From Octopus bimaculoides (Eukaryota), in contig NC_068997.1 in the NCBI RefSeq assembly GCF_001194135.2, forward strand, positions 7,573,364-7,618,724: a stretch of DNA of 45,361 nt, given 5' to 3'. This document shows, piece after piece, positions 13,746-26,339 of this stretch. The notes below the pieces were generated by a model, which was not told where the DNA came from, did not search any database, and saw nothing but the letters and a program-made list of their open reading frames with translations. Positions within the stretch are counted from its first letter, which is position 1; the number at the start of each line of letters is the position of its first letter. A program made the position numbers and the translations under genes.

Positions 13746-14252
13746 TTAAATCAAACAAACCAACAAACACTGGACTCGATCTCATATCTCTCAGGAAAGA
13801 CTTATCCAGCCGAGGTTCAATTCACTTTCATGTTTCCTTCAGTTTCTCATTTACTCCTTTCTATGTAACGTCCCACGTTTATATTTATAATATGGAAATG
13901 CATTGTTTTAAACAAAGCTAACTTTAATTATACAATAGTTACATCAAATATGATTAATGGACGTTTTATTTTGTTTTCTAAATATGCGATTAATGTTTTT
14001 ATTTTGACGAGGCACATCTGTTTGTGAATCAATGTAATCATATTATTACAGCATGGTTGAATTTACTGTTGCACATATTCCGTGCTACGTCAGAATCAGG
14101 AAATATTACAAAGACAGAACAGTAGAAATAGTCGAGCATCGAACTAAATGCTTAAACCTCATCATTTAAACTTGTCTCTTGAGGTTTCAGTTCAAATCAC
14201 GCTTGGATCGATTTGTTTTTTTCATTTTTCAGTATTCGATAAAAAAAATTAG

Positions 14253-14424
14253 TTTTAAATTTTAGCACAAGGTCAGTACTCAACTGATACTTATTTTTGC
14301 GACCCCGAAAGGGTGAAAGGAAAGTCGACCTCGTTGGTATTTGAACTCAGAATGTAAATATGGGCGAAATCCCGCTCAGCATTTTCCCCCGGCGTGCTAA
14401 CGATTTTGCCAGATTGCTGCCTTA
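14253..14424 (-). mobile_element. SINE family B (a degenerate plus-strand partial copy precedes it at ~14145-14250)
   Basis: gcgaccccgaaagggtgaaaggaaagtcgacctcg...tttgaactcag. Confidence 0.8.
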
Positions 14425-14599
14425 GTGTTCGGTACAATATTGATATGCTAAATTCAATTCAGTTAACTATTCGGCGACCATCACTGAAAATCTGTCTTGT
14501 AAAATGATAAGAGACTTATCCTTGCTTTAAAAGCTGTTAGAAATATGTTACTTATTATTTTAATGTGGGACAAAGTGCAACATTTTGATCTGTTTCAAT

Positions 14600-14990
14600 A
14601 TGACATCCTTTTTATGGTATAACTTCTCATTTGACACAGTGTTGTTACCAGGCTATTCGTCCCAGGAACCAGTTGATCCCCCCCTATTACTCGCCAGATT
14701 TCTCGGCCATATATTAGAATAGATCTGTCACTGCTGTTATATCGTCCAATCATAAGAGTATATTTAATCTTATTTTCTGATCGGCTGAAGTCTTGCGAAT
14801 GCCTCACAAGCTTTGGAATAAATCTTGCTTGGATGTCTTTTTGTGTTCCGCTGACTTTTCAGACAAAACCTCTTAGAATGTACAGTTCTCCACTTGGTCT
14901 AATGTCTCACTGTCGGCAGTGATAGTTACAGGGTTGCTGGAGTTATATACATGTGGGTTTTGAAGTCCTACCTGCTTTGAATAATGTTGT
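14600..14990 (-). mobile_element. Degenerate RTE-clade LINE ORF2 fragment (post-RT region)
   Basis: Frameshifted motifs ETLDQVEN (14885-14908), KACEAFARL (14788-14814) and YNSSDRSILIYGREIW (14694-14741) follow the RTE order LEVVDKFTYLGS / KASAAFGRL / YNAVVRSVLLYGCETW. Confidence 0.7.
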
Positions 14991-15582
14991 TTCTCTTCAG
15001 TATTTTCTAATTCCACAAGATTAACCAGATTAAGCCCTGCCAATAACCTTTATCCACTTTGAATTACTAAATAACAACCAGGGTCTTGGAGATGAAGACA
15101 AATTTCATTTGATCAATTGATCTTGTCTTGCATTTGCTAATAATCAAAACAACGAAATTGTGCCCCTTCACTGTTTGACTAAAAAAAAATATCTTTTTAT
15201 AAATGTTATCCACAATAAAAATGTATTTATTCAAGAATTTTATTACAATATTAAAAAGAAGATAAAAATACGATAAACACGCGAACTTCTATTGTTTGTA
15301 GTCACTGAAATGGCCAGAGTATCTCCGATGCATTTAACTTTTTTGACATCCGTTGTTTGTAACAGCAAGTATTGATTTCTATCATTTTAATTTAGCATGG
15401 AAACAAGCTTGCAGAATCAATTTATTTAATCAAATAAACGTTCGATTTTATGCTGCATTTTGCCAATTTTTTAGCTAAAAATTCTGAAAACTTCCTATGC
15501 AATTAAGTGAGAGTGATGTAATTTGAATATGCCATTAACCGATTAGTTTTTACATAGATTTAATGCTAAACGGCTATGGGCT

Positions 15583-15628
<46 letters not shown>

Positions 15629-15877
15629 NNNNNNNNNNNNNNNNNNNNNNNNNNNNNNNNNNNNNNNNNNNNNNNNNNNNNNNNNNNNNNNNNNNNNNNN
15701 NNNNNNNNNNNNNNNNNNNNNNNNNNNNNNNNNNNNNNNNNNNNNNNNNNNNNNNNNNNNNNNNNNNNNNNNNNNNNNNNNNNNNNNNNNNNNNNNNNNN
15801 NNNNNNNNNNNNNNNNNNNNNNNNNNNNNNNNNNNNNNNNNNNNNNNNNNNNNNNNNNNNNNNNNNNNNNNNNNNNN

Positions 15878-16028
15878 AGAGATAGACAGATAAACAAACA
15901 GATGGATGGACAGACAGGCTGATAGATAGATATATAGAAAGATAGATAGACAGATAGACAGATAAATAGATAGACGGACAGGCAGAGAGATAAGTAGATA
16001 GATAGACAGACAGACAGGTAGATCGATC

Positions 16029-16100
<72 letters not shown>

Positions 16101-16218
16101 GATAGATAGATAGATGGACGGACGGACAGACAGACTGATAGACAGACAGACAGACAAACATACAGACAGATAGATAGATAGCTAGATAAATAGATAGATG
16201 GATAGATAGATAGATAGG

Positions 16219-16271
<53 letters not shown>

Positions 16272-16283
16272 TGATAAATAGAC
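15878..16283. repeat. Compound (GATA)n/(GACA)n microsatellite
   Basis: Directly visible; abuts a gap. Confidence 0.95.
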
Positions 16284-16604
16284 AGGTTGCCGCTCAAACG
16301 AAAGAAAAGAGCCCTGAACACATTTTGTCGAGTTATATTCCTATTAAAACTTTCCATCAATTCACAGAATTGAGAAAACGTTGTTGGTCGTTGGAAAACG
16401 TTGCTCTAAGTAATAAGATATCTTTTTTCTTTATTTCATGGTTTGCAGCTAAAGTTTAAAGTCATCGAATGATGAATGACATGTCATTGGTCGGATCAGA
16501 TCACATGTTGGGGATTGGAATCTTCTGGTGGAGGGAAGCTGCTTCAAACTGCCTGAAGCTATCGGCTGATGAAGGAATTGGTAGATGGCGATTGGTGCAA
16601 TAGT

Positions 16605-16687
<83 letters not shown>

Positions 16688-17149
16688 GTGCGTGTGTGCG
16701 TACGCTTGTACGTATATGTTAAGTAGAGAAAGACCAAATGGTAGTGTGCATTTGTGGCTAAAGCTGGAAGTGAGACCAGTCTGTGTTACGTGTGTGTTTT
16801 GATCATTTAGGTGCATGTATGTGTGGATATGTCTTGGTGTTTAAATCACGGCATTGGAGCGAGTGGAAAGTTCGGTCTGGCTGGTTCCGATGTCCGGAAA
16901 AGCCTCCACTGACTGAATCCACTGAATGCATCACGACAGGCTCAGCTAACGACACGCATATTTATTCCTTGACTTACCTTTTCAGTTACCACTTTCTCCA
17001 AATCCATTTATATCGTATTTGCTTATCATTGAACCCTTTGTTAAGCTTCCATGATGATGTATTCCATTTGTTTTTCTGGTAATTATGTTCTATTCTATTC
17101 TATATATATATATGTGTGCGTGTGTGCGTGTGTGTGCGTGTGTGTGTGC

Positions 17150-17208
<59 letters not shown>

Positions 17209-17909
17209 NNNNNNNNNNNNNNNNNNNNNNNNNNNNNNNNNNNNNNNNNNNNNNNNNNNNNNNNNNNNNNNNNNNNNNNNNNNNNNNNNNNNNNNNNNNN
17301 NNNNNNNNNNNNNNNNNNNNNNNNNNNNNNNNNNNNNNNNNNNNNNNNNNNNNNNNNNNNNNNNNNNNNNNNNNNNNNNNNNNNNNNNNNNNNNNNNNNN
17401 NNNNNNNNNNNNNNNNNNNNNNNNNNNNNNNNNNNNNNNNNNNNNNNNNNNNNNNNNNNNNNNNNNNNNNNNNNNNNNNNNNNNNNNNNNNNNNNNNNNN
17501 NNNNNNNNNNNNNNNNNNNNNNNNNNNNNNNNNNNNNNNNNNNNNNNNNNNNNNNNNNNNNNNNNNNNNNNNNNNNNNNNNNNNNNNNNNNNNNNNNNNN
17601 NNNNNNNNNNNNNNNNNNNNNNNNNNNNNNNNNNNNNNNNNNNNNNNNNNNNNNNNNNNNNNNNNNNNNNNNNNNNNNNNNNNNNNNNNNNNNNNNNNNN
17701 NNNNNNNNNNNNNNNNNNNNNNNNNNNNNNNNNNNNNNNNNNNNNNNNNNNNNNNNNNNNNNNNNNNNNNNNNNNNNNNNNNNNNNNNNNNNNNNNNNNN
17801 NNNNNNNNNNNNNNNNNNNNNNNNNNNNNNNNNNNNNNNNNNNNNNNNNNNNNNNNNNNNNNNNNNNNNNNNNNNNNNNNNNNNNNNNNNNNNNNNNNNN
17901 NNNNNNNNN

Positions 17910-18120
17910 AAGTCAGTTACATGAACCCCAGTTTTCAACTGGTATTTATTTTATCGACCCCTAAAGAACGAAAGACAAGGAAGATCTCAACGGACTTAGA
18001 AGGCCGACTTTGCCTTTCATCAATTGTGGATAAAAATAAGAAACAATTGAAAACTGGAGTCGATGTCTCTGCCATTATCATCTCATCTCTTACCCAGACA
18101 ATTCGTAACATCCCAACCCC
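17910..18120. mobile_element. Two partial, oppositely oriented SINE family B fragments
   Basis: aactggtatttattttatcgacccc (minus), then ggccgactttgcctttcatc...ggagtcgat (plus). Confidence 0.6.
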
Positions 18121-18526
18121 AGCCGTAGACAATCTCTCCCCCCTCTCTCTCTTGTCTAACTGCGTCAATAATCATATTGAAATTCCTCAATGTTTCAAAG
18201 AGCAAACAGACCGATAAATGACGTATATCTTGTATCATTGAAAATGTCGTTAAGTCAACAGGGAATTCTTCACCATAATTCACTTTCATGAATATTCAAT
18301 CCCTTCGTATTTTTCTCAACTTTAATTATCCCCGACCAGAAATCATAGGTAAAAGAAAACTGGAATGGCAGAATCTGTGGAGATCGAACCACTGACACAA
18401 ATTTTACTAACTCTTCTCAACACCACTGCACCCACATCAGATGGATAAACAGAAGCAATGATTGGTTTCGGCAATTTATTTCAGGCTAATGAATTATTTT
18501 CTTTATATTCCATTGTTTCTCGTTAA

Positions 18527-18529
<3 letters not shown>

Positions 18530-18611
<82 letters not shown>
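18530..18611. repeat. (ATT)n microsatellite
   Basis: Directly visible. Confidence 0.95.
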
Positions 18612-19157
18612 TTTTTATAATTAGGAATATTTCTGACGTTACGTTAGTGATATCGAATGATAAATTCGATGTGGAAATGTTCAGAAAAATCAATATATGG
18701 TTCAACGGATTCTGACACTGGANNNNNNNNNNNNNNNNNNNNNNNNNNNNNNNNNNNNNNNNNNNNNNNNNNNNNNNNNNNNNNNNNNNNNNNNNNNNNN
18801 NNNNNNNNNNNNNNNNNNNNNNNNNNNNNNNNNNNNNNNNNNNNNNNNNNNNNNNNNNNNNNNNNNNNNNNNNNNNNNNNNNNNNNNNNNNNNNNNNNNN
18901 NNNNNNNNNNNNNNNNNNNNNNNNNNNNNNNNNNNNNNNNNNNNNNNNNNNNNNNNNNNNNNNNNNTGTCACTATTATCATCATGAGCAAATAAAACACT
19001 ACTTTGCAAAAACTGCAATAACAGTCGTCGTGGTCATATTGATCATCATCATCATCATCACCACCGCGGCTGTCACCACTCAACCCAACCCAACAAAACC
19101 CCGACGACGACGACAACGACGACGACCACCACCACCACCTCTCTCTCTTTCTCTCTT

Positions 19158-19188
<31 letters not shown>

Positions 19189-19714
19189 TTCTCTCTTTCT
19201 CTCTCTCTCTCTGTACCTTCTGGCTTACGACCACATTTATTATCACCTTTGCTCTGAATATATCAATTCTAATGACTCGTAAAACGCTTTCTTTAGCTGA
19301 CACGTTTACGTACATCGACTACAAACCACAACAACACCGCAAACACCGCTACCGTCCGGACTACTACTACAACCACCACTATTACTACTTTATAAACTTC
19401 TCTAGCCTGTTCCAGTTGCTCGCATTTTTCTTTTGGCTCAACAAAGCCACCGCACATCACTTCACATGGTCCGGTCATGAATGCCGTCGGTATGCTTTCC
19501 CAAGTTGCGAGAAACATATGGCAGATAATTGTCCGGGTGACTTGCTGTCGAGGCAGTCAACCAGTGAAACCTTTATTGCAGTCTTTGTGTCTGGTTTTTC
19601 GTTCCAGTCTGTGTCTTATACGAAAAGTCGAAGCAGACCGTTGAAGTCGACCGTTTTTGATTTGACTCTCTTACCAAGTGACAAGATGCTGAACGATAGA
19701 AACAAAACATGAAC

Positions 19715-19924
19715 GTATTGGCTTCAAACATTGACAGAAGGCCAGAAGCTTTGGAGAATGGATTAAATCGATTACATCGACCCAGTGCTCAACTGGTACT
19801 TATTTAATCGCTTCCGAAAGGATGAAAGGCAAAGTCGACCTCGGTGGAATTTGAACTCAGAACATAAAGACAGACGAAATACCGCTGAGAATTTCACCCG
19901 GTGTGCTAACCGTTCTGCCAGCTT
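19715..19924 (-). mobile_element. SINE family B (a partial plus-strand copy follows at ~19985-20130)
   Basis: Core aaaggatgaaaggcaaagtcgacctcggtggaatttgaactcag. Confidence 0.87.
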
Positions 19925-20145
19925 AAGAAAATGCGAATATATCAAACCAAAAATAGTATCTCTCTTTGCAGATGCGAGTTCAGGATGTTCACGTTTTGAG
20001 TTCAAGTAAACGCTGAGGTCAACCTTGCCTGTAGTCGTTTCGGGGTCGATAAAGGACCACAGTTACCCGTCAAGTTCTAGAATCAATTTAATCGGTTGAT
20101 GACATTTCTCGTAAATTTTGGTCTTTGTGTCTTTGTTATGAATAT

Positions 20146-20448
20146 TTTTCTTTTTTACTTGTTTCTGTCATATGACTGCGGCCATGCTGGAGCACTGCCT
20201 TGAACGGTTTTAGTCAAACAAATTGGTCACGGATTTCAAGTGGTAGTGGGCGAACATAAACACAAGGACACACACACACATGCACACACACTCACACACG
20301 CAGACGACGGATTTCCACCCATTTTCCGTCAACCGAATTCACTGGGACGGCATTAATCGACCTCGTCCTACTAACGAAGACAATGCTGTACAGAATGACT
20401 GAACTAAAAAAACGTGGTTGTAAAGCGATCCTCTTGACCACACGCTCA
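20146..20448 (-). mobile_element. SINE family A, diverged copy
   Basis: Tail ttttacttgtttctgtcatatgactgcggccatgctggagcac, (CA)n and a degenerate head. Confidence 0.75.
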
Positions 20449-20493
20449 TGTTTACACTTAGCCATGTCTGTACCCAGAAGTGCTATTATTTAA

Positions 20494-20812
20494 GGCGGCG
20501 AGCTGGCAGATACGTTAGCACGCCGGGCGAAATGCTTCGCGGTATTTCGCCTGCCGCTACGTTCTGAGTTCAAATTCCGCCGAGGTCAACTTTGCCTGTC
20601 ATTCTTTCGCGGTCGATAAATTAAGTACCAGTTGTGTAGAGGAGTCGATTTAATCGACTGGTCCCCTCCCGCAAAATGTCGAGCCTTGTGCTGTGCCTAG
20701 AGTAGAAAAGTTTATTTAAGGCGGCTAACTGGAAGAATAATTTGTGTTCCGACACTTTACGTTCAAGTTCAAATCCCGCCGCGACCAATTTTGCCTTTTA
20801 TTGCTCAGTTCG
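20494..20812 (+). mobile_element. SINE family B, full copy (20494-20710) plus a tandem degenerate partial copy running into the gap
   Basis: ggcggcgagctggcag head, gagttcaaattcc B-box and tail cctagagtagaaaag; a second head begins at ~20717. Confidence 0.88.
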
Positions 20813-21797
20813 NNNNNNNNNNNNNNNNNNNNNNNNNNNNNNNNNNNNNNNNNNNNNNNNNNNNNNNNNNNNNNNNNNNNNNNNNNNNNNNNNNNNNNNN
20901 NNNNNNNNNNNNNNNNNNNNNNNNNNNNNNNNNNNNNNNNNNNNNNNNNNNNNNNNNNNNNNNNNNNNNNNNNNNNNNNNNNNNNNNNNNNNNNNNNNNN
21001 NNNNNNNNNNNNNNNNNNNNNNNNNNNNNNNNNNNNNNNNNNNNNNNNNNNNNNNNNNNNNNNNNNNNNNNNNNNNNNNNNNNNNNNNNNNNNNNNNNNN
21101 NNNNNNNNNNNNNNNNNNNNNNNNNNNNNNNNNNNNNNNNNNNNNNNNNNNNNNNNNNNNNNNNNNNNNNNNNNNNNNNNNNNNNNNNNNNNNNNNNNNN
21201 NNNNNNNNNNNNNNNNNNNNNNNNNNNNNNNNNNNNNNNNNNNNNNNNNNNNNNNNNNNNNNNNNNNNNNNNNNNNNNNNNNNNNNNNNNNNNNNNNNNN
21301 NNNNNNNNNNNNNNNNNNNNNNNNNNNNNNNNNNNNNNNNNNNNNNNNNNNNNNNNNNNNNNNNNNNNNNNNNNNNNNNNNNNNNNNNNNNNNNNNNNNN
21401 NNNNNNNNNNNNNNNNNNNNNNNNNNNNNNNNNNNNNNNNNNNNNNNNNNNNNNNNNNNNNNNNNNNNNNNNNNNNNNNNNNNNNNNNNNNNNNNNNNNN
21501 NNNNNNNNNNNNNNNNNNNNNNNNNNNNNNNNNNNNNNNNNNNNNNNNNNNNNNNNNNNNNNNNNNNNNNNNNNNNNNNNNNNNNNNNNNNNNNNNNNNN
21601 NNNNNNNNNNNNNNNNNNNNNNNNNNNNNNNNNNNNNNNNNNNNNNNNNNNNNNNNNNNNNNNNNNNNNNNNNNNNNNNNNNNNNNNNNNNNNNNNNNNN
21701 NAGAGAAAGTTTAATGTTGTTTTCCAGTTTTTCAGGGTCGGAAAAAGGAAAAACTAGTTTCATGCTGGCGTCAGTCTAACCTTTCGCGCGCCCGGCG

Positions 21798-21829
<32 letters not shown>

Positions 21830-22407
21830 GCGCGCGCGCGCACCACGATCAAACGCACCAGACTCATACAAATACACAAAAGGGGTGTTCATGTTATGAA
21901 GCATCGGTTCTGCCGCTGATGATTTTCTCTTCTTAAATAAAGCTGCAGAAATAATAGCAAACGTATCTTTGGGCAAAACTAGTGAAACTCGAAATATTAT
22001 AATTAAATGTTCTTCTGTCTTAACAAATATTCTAACAAATCGTTGAAATGGTGGGGAAAAACTCAAAATACATTCGTTGCTCTGTCCACCGGATAGAAAT
22101 CACTTGTATGTGAAGTGGTCGTAGAAATGTTCTTTGAAATAACGTGTAACTCTATAATAAGCTTTATTTTATTTCGTATAACTTCAAGTAACATTGTTAA
22201 ACAGTTTTACTCGTAGAGTGAGATTAAATATATTTGCATAAATCTCATAGCAAAAATTTAATACTGTTTTATTAAGTAGTGTTCCATAAAGCTGTTTGCA
22301 AAGGAAGTACATTTGCAGTAACAAAATCACCATAAAAACCACCACCACCACCACCATATAAGCACAGAAGGTTTTTAAATAATAAAAGCCAACCAGTTTC
22401 CATTTGG

Positions 22408-22590
<183 letters not shown>

Positions 22591-23427
22591 ATACCAACAC
22601 TGACTTAGCTGGCCGTAAATTNNNNNNNNNNNNNNNNNNNNNNNNNNNNNNNNNNNNNNNNNNNNNNNNNNNNNNNNNNNNNNNNNNNNNNNNNNNNNNN
22701 NNNNNNNNNNNNNNNNNNNNNNNNNNNNNNNNNNNNNNNNNNNNNNNNNNNNNNNNNNNNNNNNNNNNNNNNNNNNNNNNNNNNNNNNNNNNNNNNNNNN
22801 NNNNNNNNNNNNNNNNNNNNNNNNNNNNNNNNNNNNNNNNNNNNNNNNNNNNNNNNNNNNNNNNNNNNNNNNNNNNNNNNNNNNNNNNNNNNNNNNNNNN
22901 NNNNNNNNNNNNNNNNNNNNNNNNNNNNNNNNNNNNNNNNNNNNNNNNNNNNNNNNNNNNNNNNNNNNNNNNNNNNNNNNNNNNNNNNNNNNNNNNNNNN
23001 NNNNNNNNNNNNNNNNNNNNNNNNNNNNNNNNNNNNNNNNNNNNNNNNNNNNNNNNNNNNNNNNNNNNNNNNNNNNNNNNNNNNNNNNNNNNNNNNNNNN
23101 NNNNNNNNNNNNNNNNNNNNNNNNNNNNNNTATGTCTGCTTTGTTGATCTTTATTCCGGTTTTTGAAAATCGCTGTTAAAAACAAATTATTGATTCGTAA
23201 GTTTCAAAACGGTGAAATTATCATTTTATAAATTTTATAAATCCACCAAATTTTCCGTTAAAACATTTCCGTCTTGATGTATATTTAATTAAACTTTCCA
23301 AGATCAACATGGCGTTCCTCGGAACGCATCAGGTTAACGACGTAATGTAGTTTACTATAACAGACGGTTCTGTTTTCGTCGGCACTCAGTCATACTCAGA
23401 TTAGCTGAGACACAGACAAAGATGCTA

Positions 23428-23488
23428 AAGTTCAATATTTAAGAGATGAGGAATTATGTATATTATTTACATTATTTACATTTGACAA
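23428..23488 (-). mobile_element. Extreme 3' end of the hammerhead-bearing repeat
   Basis: atatttaagagatgaggaattatgtatattatttacattatttacatttgac matches the ends of the other copies. Confidence 0.75.
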
Positions 23489-24087
23489 GAAGAAAACCTG
23501 CGTAAACTAGAAACTTGCACTATACCCTTAGTAAACAATGGCACATAAAAAATACATCTATGATAAGGTTAACTGTGATGCGAAAATAATAGGTGTGAGG
23601 CGTAGCAAATGAAGGAAGAAAACACTCCAAGTGCAAATTAATGAAACTTAAGTATTACTAAGATTGATCTTGGAGGAGTGAGCAAACGGCACACCGGATC
23701 AAATTAGCGATAAAATTAGAAATAATATCTATGACAACAGAATAACTCCGTTGTTGTAATGAATTACTTTCGTAATATTCACAATAAAACTAAATACAAA
23801 TTCAGCCAGTTTTATGTTGCTGAGTTCTACAAAACCACTTCGTACAAGGATCGTGGAAATGACATACATATTGCCATGTTTACGACAGAGATGATAATAT
23901 AAGCTCGCACGTTTGTAAGTCATTGCTTTTCAACAAAGACTCTTCACAGGGGAAAGATATTTGCAATCCATTTGATGTTACGATGAACTACCTTGACTGA
24001 GTAGAATCTTACAATCTGGATGTGTTATTCATCGTGGTTAAGGTGGTGAACTGGCAAAATTGATAGCAGGCCGGACAAAATGTTTTG

Positions 24088-24157
24088 CCTGCCACAGGTG
24101 CATGGGATTGAGTACACACAGTTTTTGGTCATATTTTTTACTCGAAAGAGATATTTG
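24088..24157 (-). mobile_element. Penelope-like element GIY-YIG endonuclease N-terminal fragment
   Basis: Translates KYLFRVKNMTKNCVYSIPCTCGR, matching the PLE endonuclease start motif (xVYxIPCxCGxxYxGET). Confidence 0.7.
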
Positions 24158-24277
24158 CGATGAAGGCTGGATGGTATATCAGCTGAAACGTTGTGTTGAC
24201 AACAAACAAGATGAGGATAAATATCCGTCAAATGTAAATAATGTAAATAATGTACATAATTCCTCATATCTTAAATA
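24158..24277 (+). mobile_element. Hammerhead-bearing repeat, 3' part truncated inside the core
   Basis: cgatgaaggctggatggtatatcagctGAAACGTTGTGTT...cttaaatata. Retains the palindromic AACGUU helix III and the cleavage-site region. Confidence 0.82.
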
Positions 24278-24766
24278 TATACATATGGAATATACTGGAA
24301 GGACTGGTGCCAAACTTTGGCATCAAGTACTACAAGAATGCCCGCACAGGTGCCACTGCATGGTACCAAAGGTGCCGTCCACTGCATCTCACATAAGAAC
24401 GAAGTACTGCAACAGCCGCGGTTTCAGAGGACCTCAGCGCTTTAATGCCCTGCCAAAATATTTGAGAGACCTGCAAGACATGGATATAGAGGTCTTCAAG
24501 ACAAAACTCGACGCTTTCCTCTCCACGAGACCAGACGAACCAATGGCTCGAAATGAGACACAGTTTAGGGCAGCGATGTCAAATTCTCTTATACACCAGA
24601 TGTGCCATCAAAACTCTTGATTGGACTATATCAGGTGGAGGAGAAGAGCCATGCAAGGAACGTGAAGAGAGCACAGCATAAAGACGGAAAGTCACGGTGG
24701 TGCTCCAGCATGACCACAGCCACTTGGCTGAAACCCATAAATAAATAAATGAATAAATAAATAAAT
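24277..24766 (+). mobile_element. 3' end of a CR1/L2-group LINE (ORF2 C-terminus, 3' UTR, (TAAA)n tail)
   Basis: IYIWNILEGLVPNFGIKYYKNARTG/frameshift/HCMVPKVP...FRGPQRFNALPKYLRDLQDMDIEVFKTKLDAFLSTRPDEP...AAMSNSL, a typical CR1/L2-group ORF2 end. The stop is at 24618-24620. Confidence 0.8.
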
Positions 24767-25315
24767 AGAACTAAATATTTATGCATTTAAAAATTCCCAA
24801 CAGAATTTGTGGTCATGCATTCATTGCTACCAAATCATTCGACTGGTGACAACTCAAAGCCGAAATATCGTTAAAGTACCATTAATGCATATTTTCGGTA
24901 ATATTCGTCTATGCCCAGGTGATCTTTGTCTTCTTGCTTACAAGACCGACTGAATATGTACCAAAGAACTGGGAGTTCATATAACTGTAAAAAAAAAAAC
25001 CCCGGAAATTGTGTCGTGTTCCCAATCAGAGCCGCAATTCAGTAACTGAAATAAGAAAAATGACGGAAAAAATTTTTTTTAAATAAATTTGTAAACTATT
25101 TAAAAAGCATAAAGCAGACAAAAAGTTTAATAGGGAAAATGCCAATTATATCTTGAATTTCTATTTGACAGAATTATAATTAGAAAAATAAATGTGTTGC
25201 TAATGGAAAGCTGGGAGACAGTAACACGAGAAACTAATAGTATTATTGATTAAAACTTTACACCCCACATTCATACATACATACATCCACACGTAGACAT
25301 ACATACACACATACA

Positions 25316-25355
<40 letters not shown>

Positions 25356-25392
25356 AATATATATATATATATATACATACATTACATGCATG

Positions 25393-25456
<64 letters not shown>

Positions 25457-25558
25457 CATACATAATGTTACACTCATACATAGATGCATACATACAAACA
25501 TGCATACATAGATACATAGATGCATGCATACATACATACATACATACATACATACATA

Positions 25559-25750
25559 GTGAGAATTTACAAAAAACAACAACAAAAGACGAAGACGGGT
25601 GTGTAAACAACCAATAGATGTATTAGTTTAACGCTCGGGAAGTGAGAAAATCTTTTGCGTTTCGAGCCTACACTCTTCGACAGAAAGGAACACAGAAATA
25701 AACAGGGAGGGAGAGAAAGTAAAAGAGGTTTAGTGACTAGCGATCTATCA
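25559..25750 (-). mobile_element. Second PLE-type terminal repeat with a hammerhead-variant motif at 25651-25688
   Basis: CCUUU-CUGUCGA-A-GAGU(GUAG)GCUC-GAAA-CG-CA-AAAGA. Stem I CUUU/AAAG and a 4-bp stem II form; A6 is U and U16.1 is C. Confidence 0.6.
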
Positions 25751-25835
25751 TACATATATACATATAACACGTCAGTTGAAAAAGGTCCCCTGAAGCCTAG
25801 TATTTGTGGAAACTTCAAAAGTTTTAATTCCGCGT

Positions 25836-25841
25836 TTTATT
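25836..25841 (-). promoter_or_regulatory. Candidate polyadenylation signal (AATAAA) of the serine protease
   Basis: First canonical AATAAA I find on the minus strand downstream of the stop codon, ~500 nt after it. Confidence 0.45.
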
Positions 25842-25883
25842 CGCATAAGAGAATTACAAGCCAAGACTACCAACTTAAGGGTA

Positions 25884-26016
25884 TATAAGGATTGTGAATA
25901 TAAGGATTGTGAATATAAGGATTGTGAATATAAGGATTGTGAATATAAGGATTGTGAATATAAGGATTGTGAATATAAGGATTGTGAATATAAGGATTGT
26001 GAATATAAGGATTGTG
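25884..26016. repeat. Perfect 15-bp minisatellite (TATAAGGATTGTGAA) x ~8.8
   Basis: Directly visible. It produces the spurious YKDCE/IHNPY/SQSLY repeat ORFs. Confidence 0.97.
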
Positions 26017-26339
26017 TTTGTATGACAATGCGTTGTCCAATCCGTTTTGAGGTTTTTGTGAATGTATGTCTGATCTGAGGTAAGTTGTTTGTGGATGATG
26101 TCCGGATTTGGAAGATGGAATAAGAATGGCATGTAGAGACATATGACATCTACACAAGAGTATTTGGTTGTTAAGGTGTTAATTGGAGAGGTAAAGTATA
26201 TCATGGGGCTTAAACAGAGGTGATTTTTCAATAAGGTTGACTGTTATTTGAATTATAAAGCGTTTAGTCAATATTGGTCAAGGCAAGACCGCGTCAGCTA
26301 TGTTGAGAAAGCACTGACCAATGTTTCAGTGACGTTCCT

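Noticed and set aside
14670-14710. PPYYSPDF resembling the mariner YSPDL motif on the plus strand
   Set aside because: The opposite strand gives three ordered RTE LINE motifs, a better explanation.
25884-26016. 15-bp array as a CRISPR or a repeat protein (YKDCE)
   Set aside because: There are no spacers, the context is eukaryotic, and it is open in several frames only because the unit is 15 bp.
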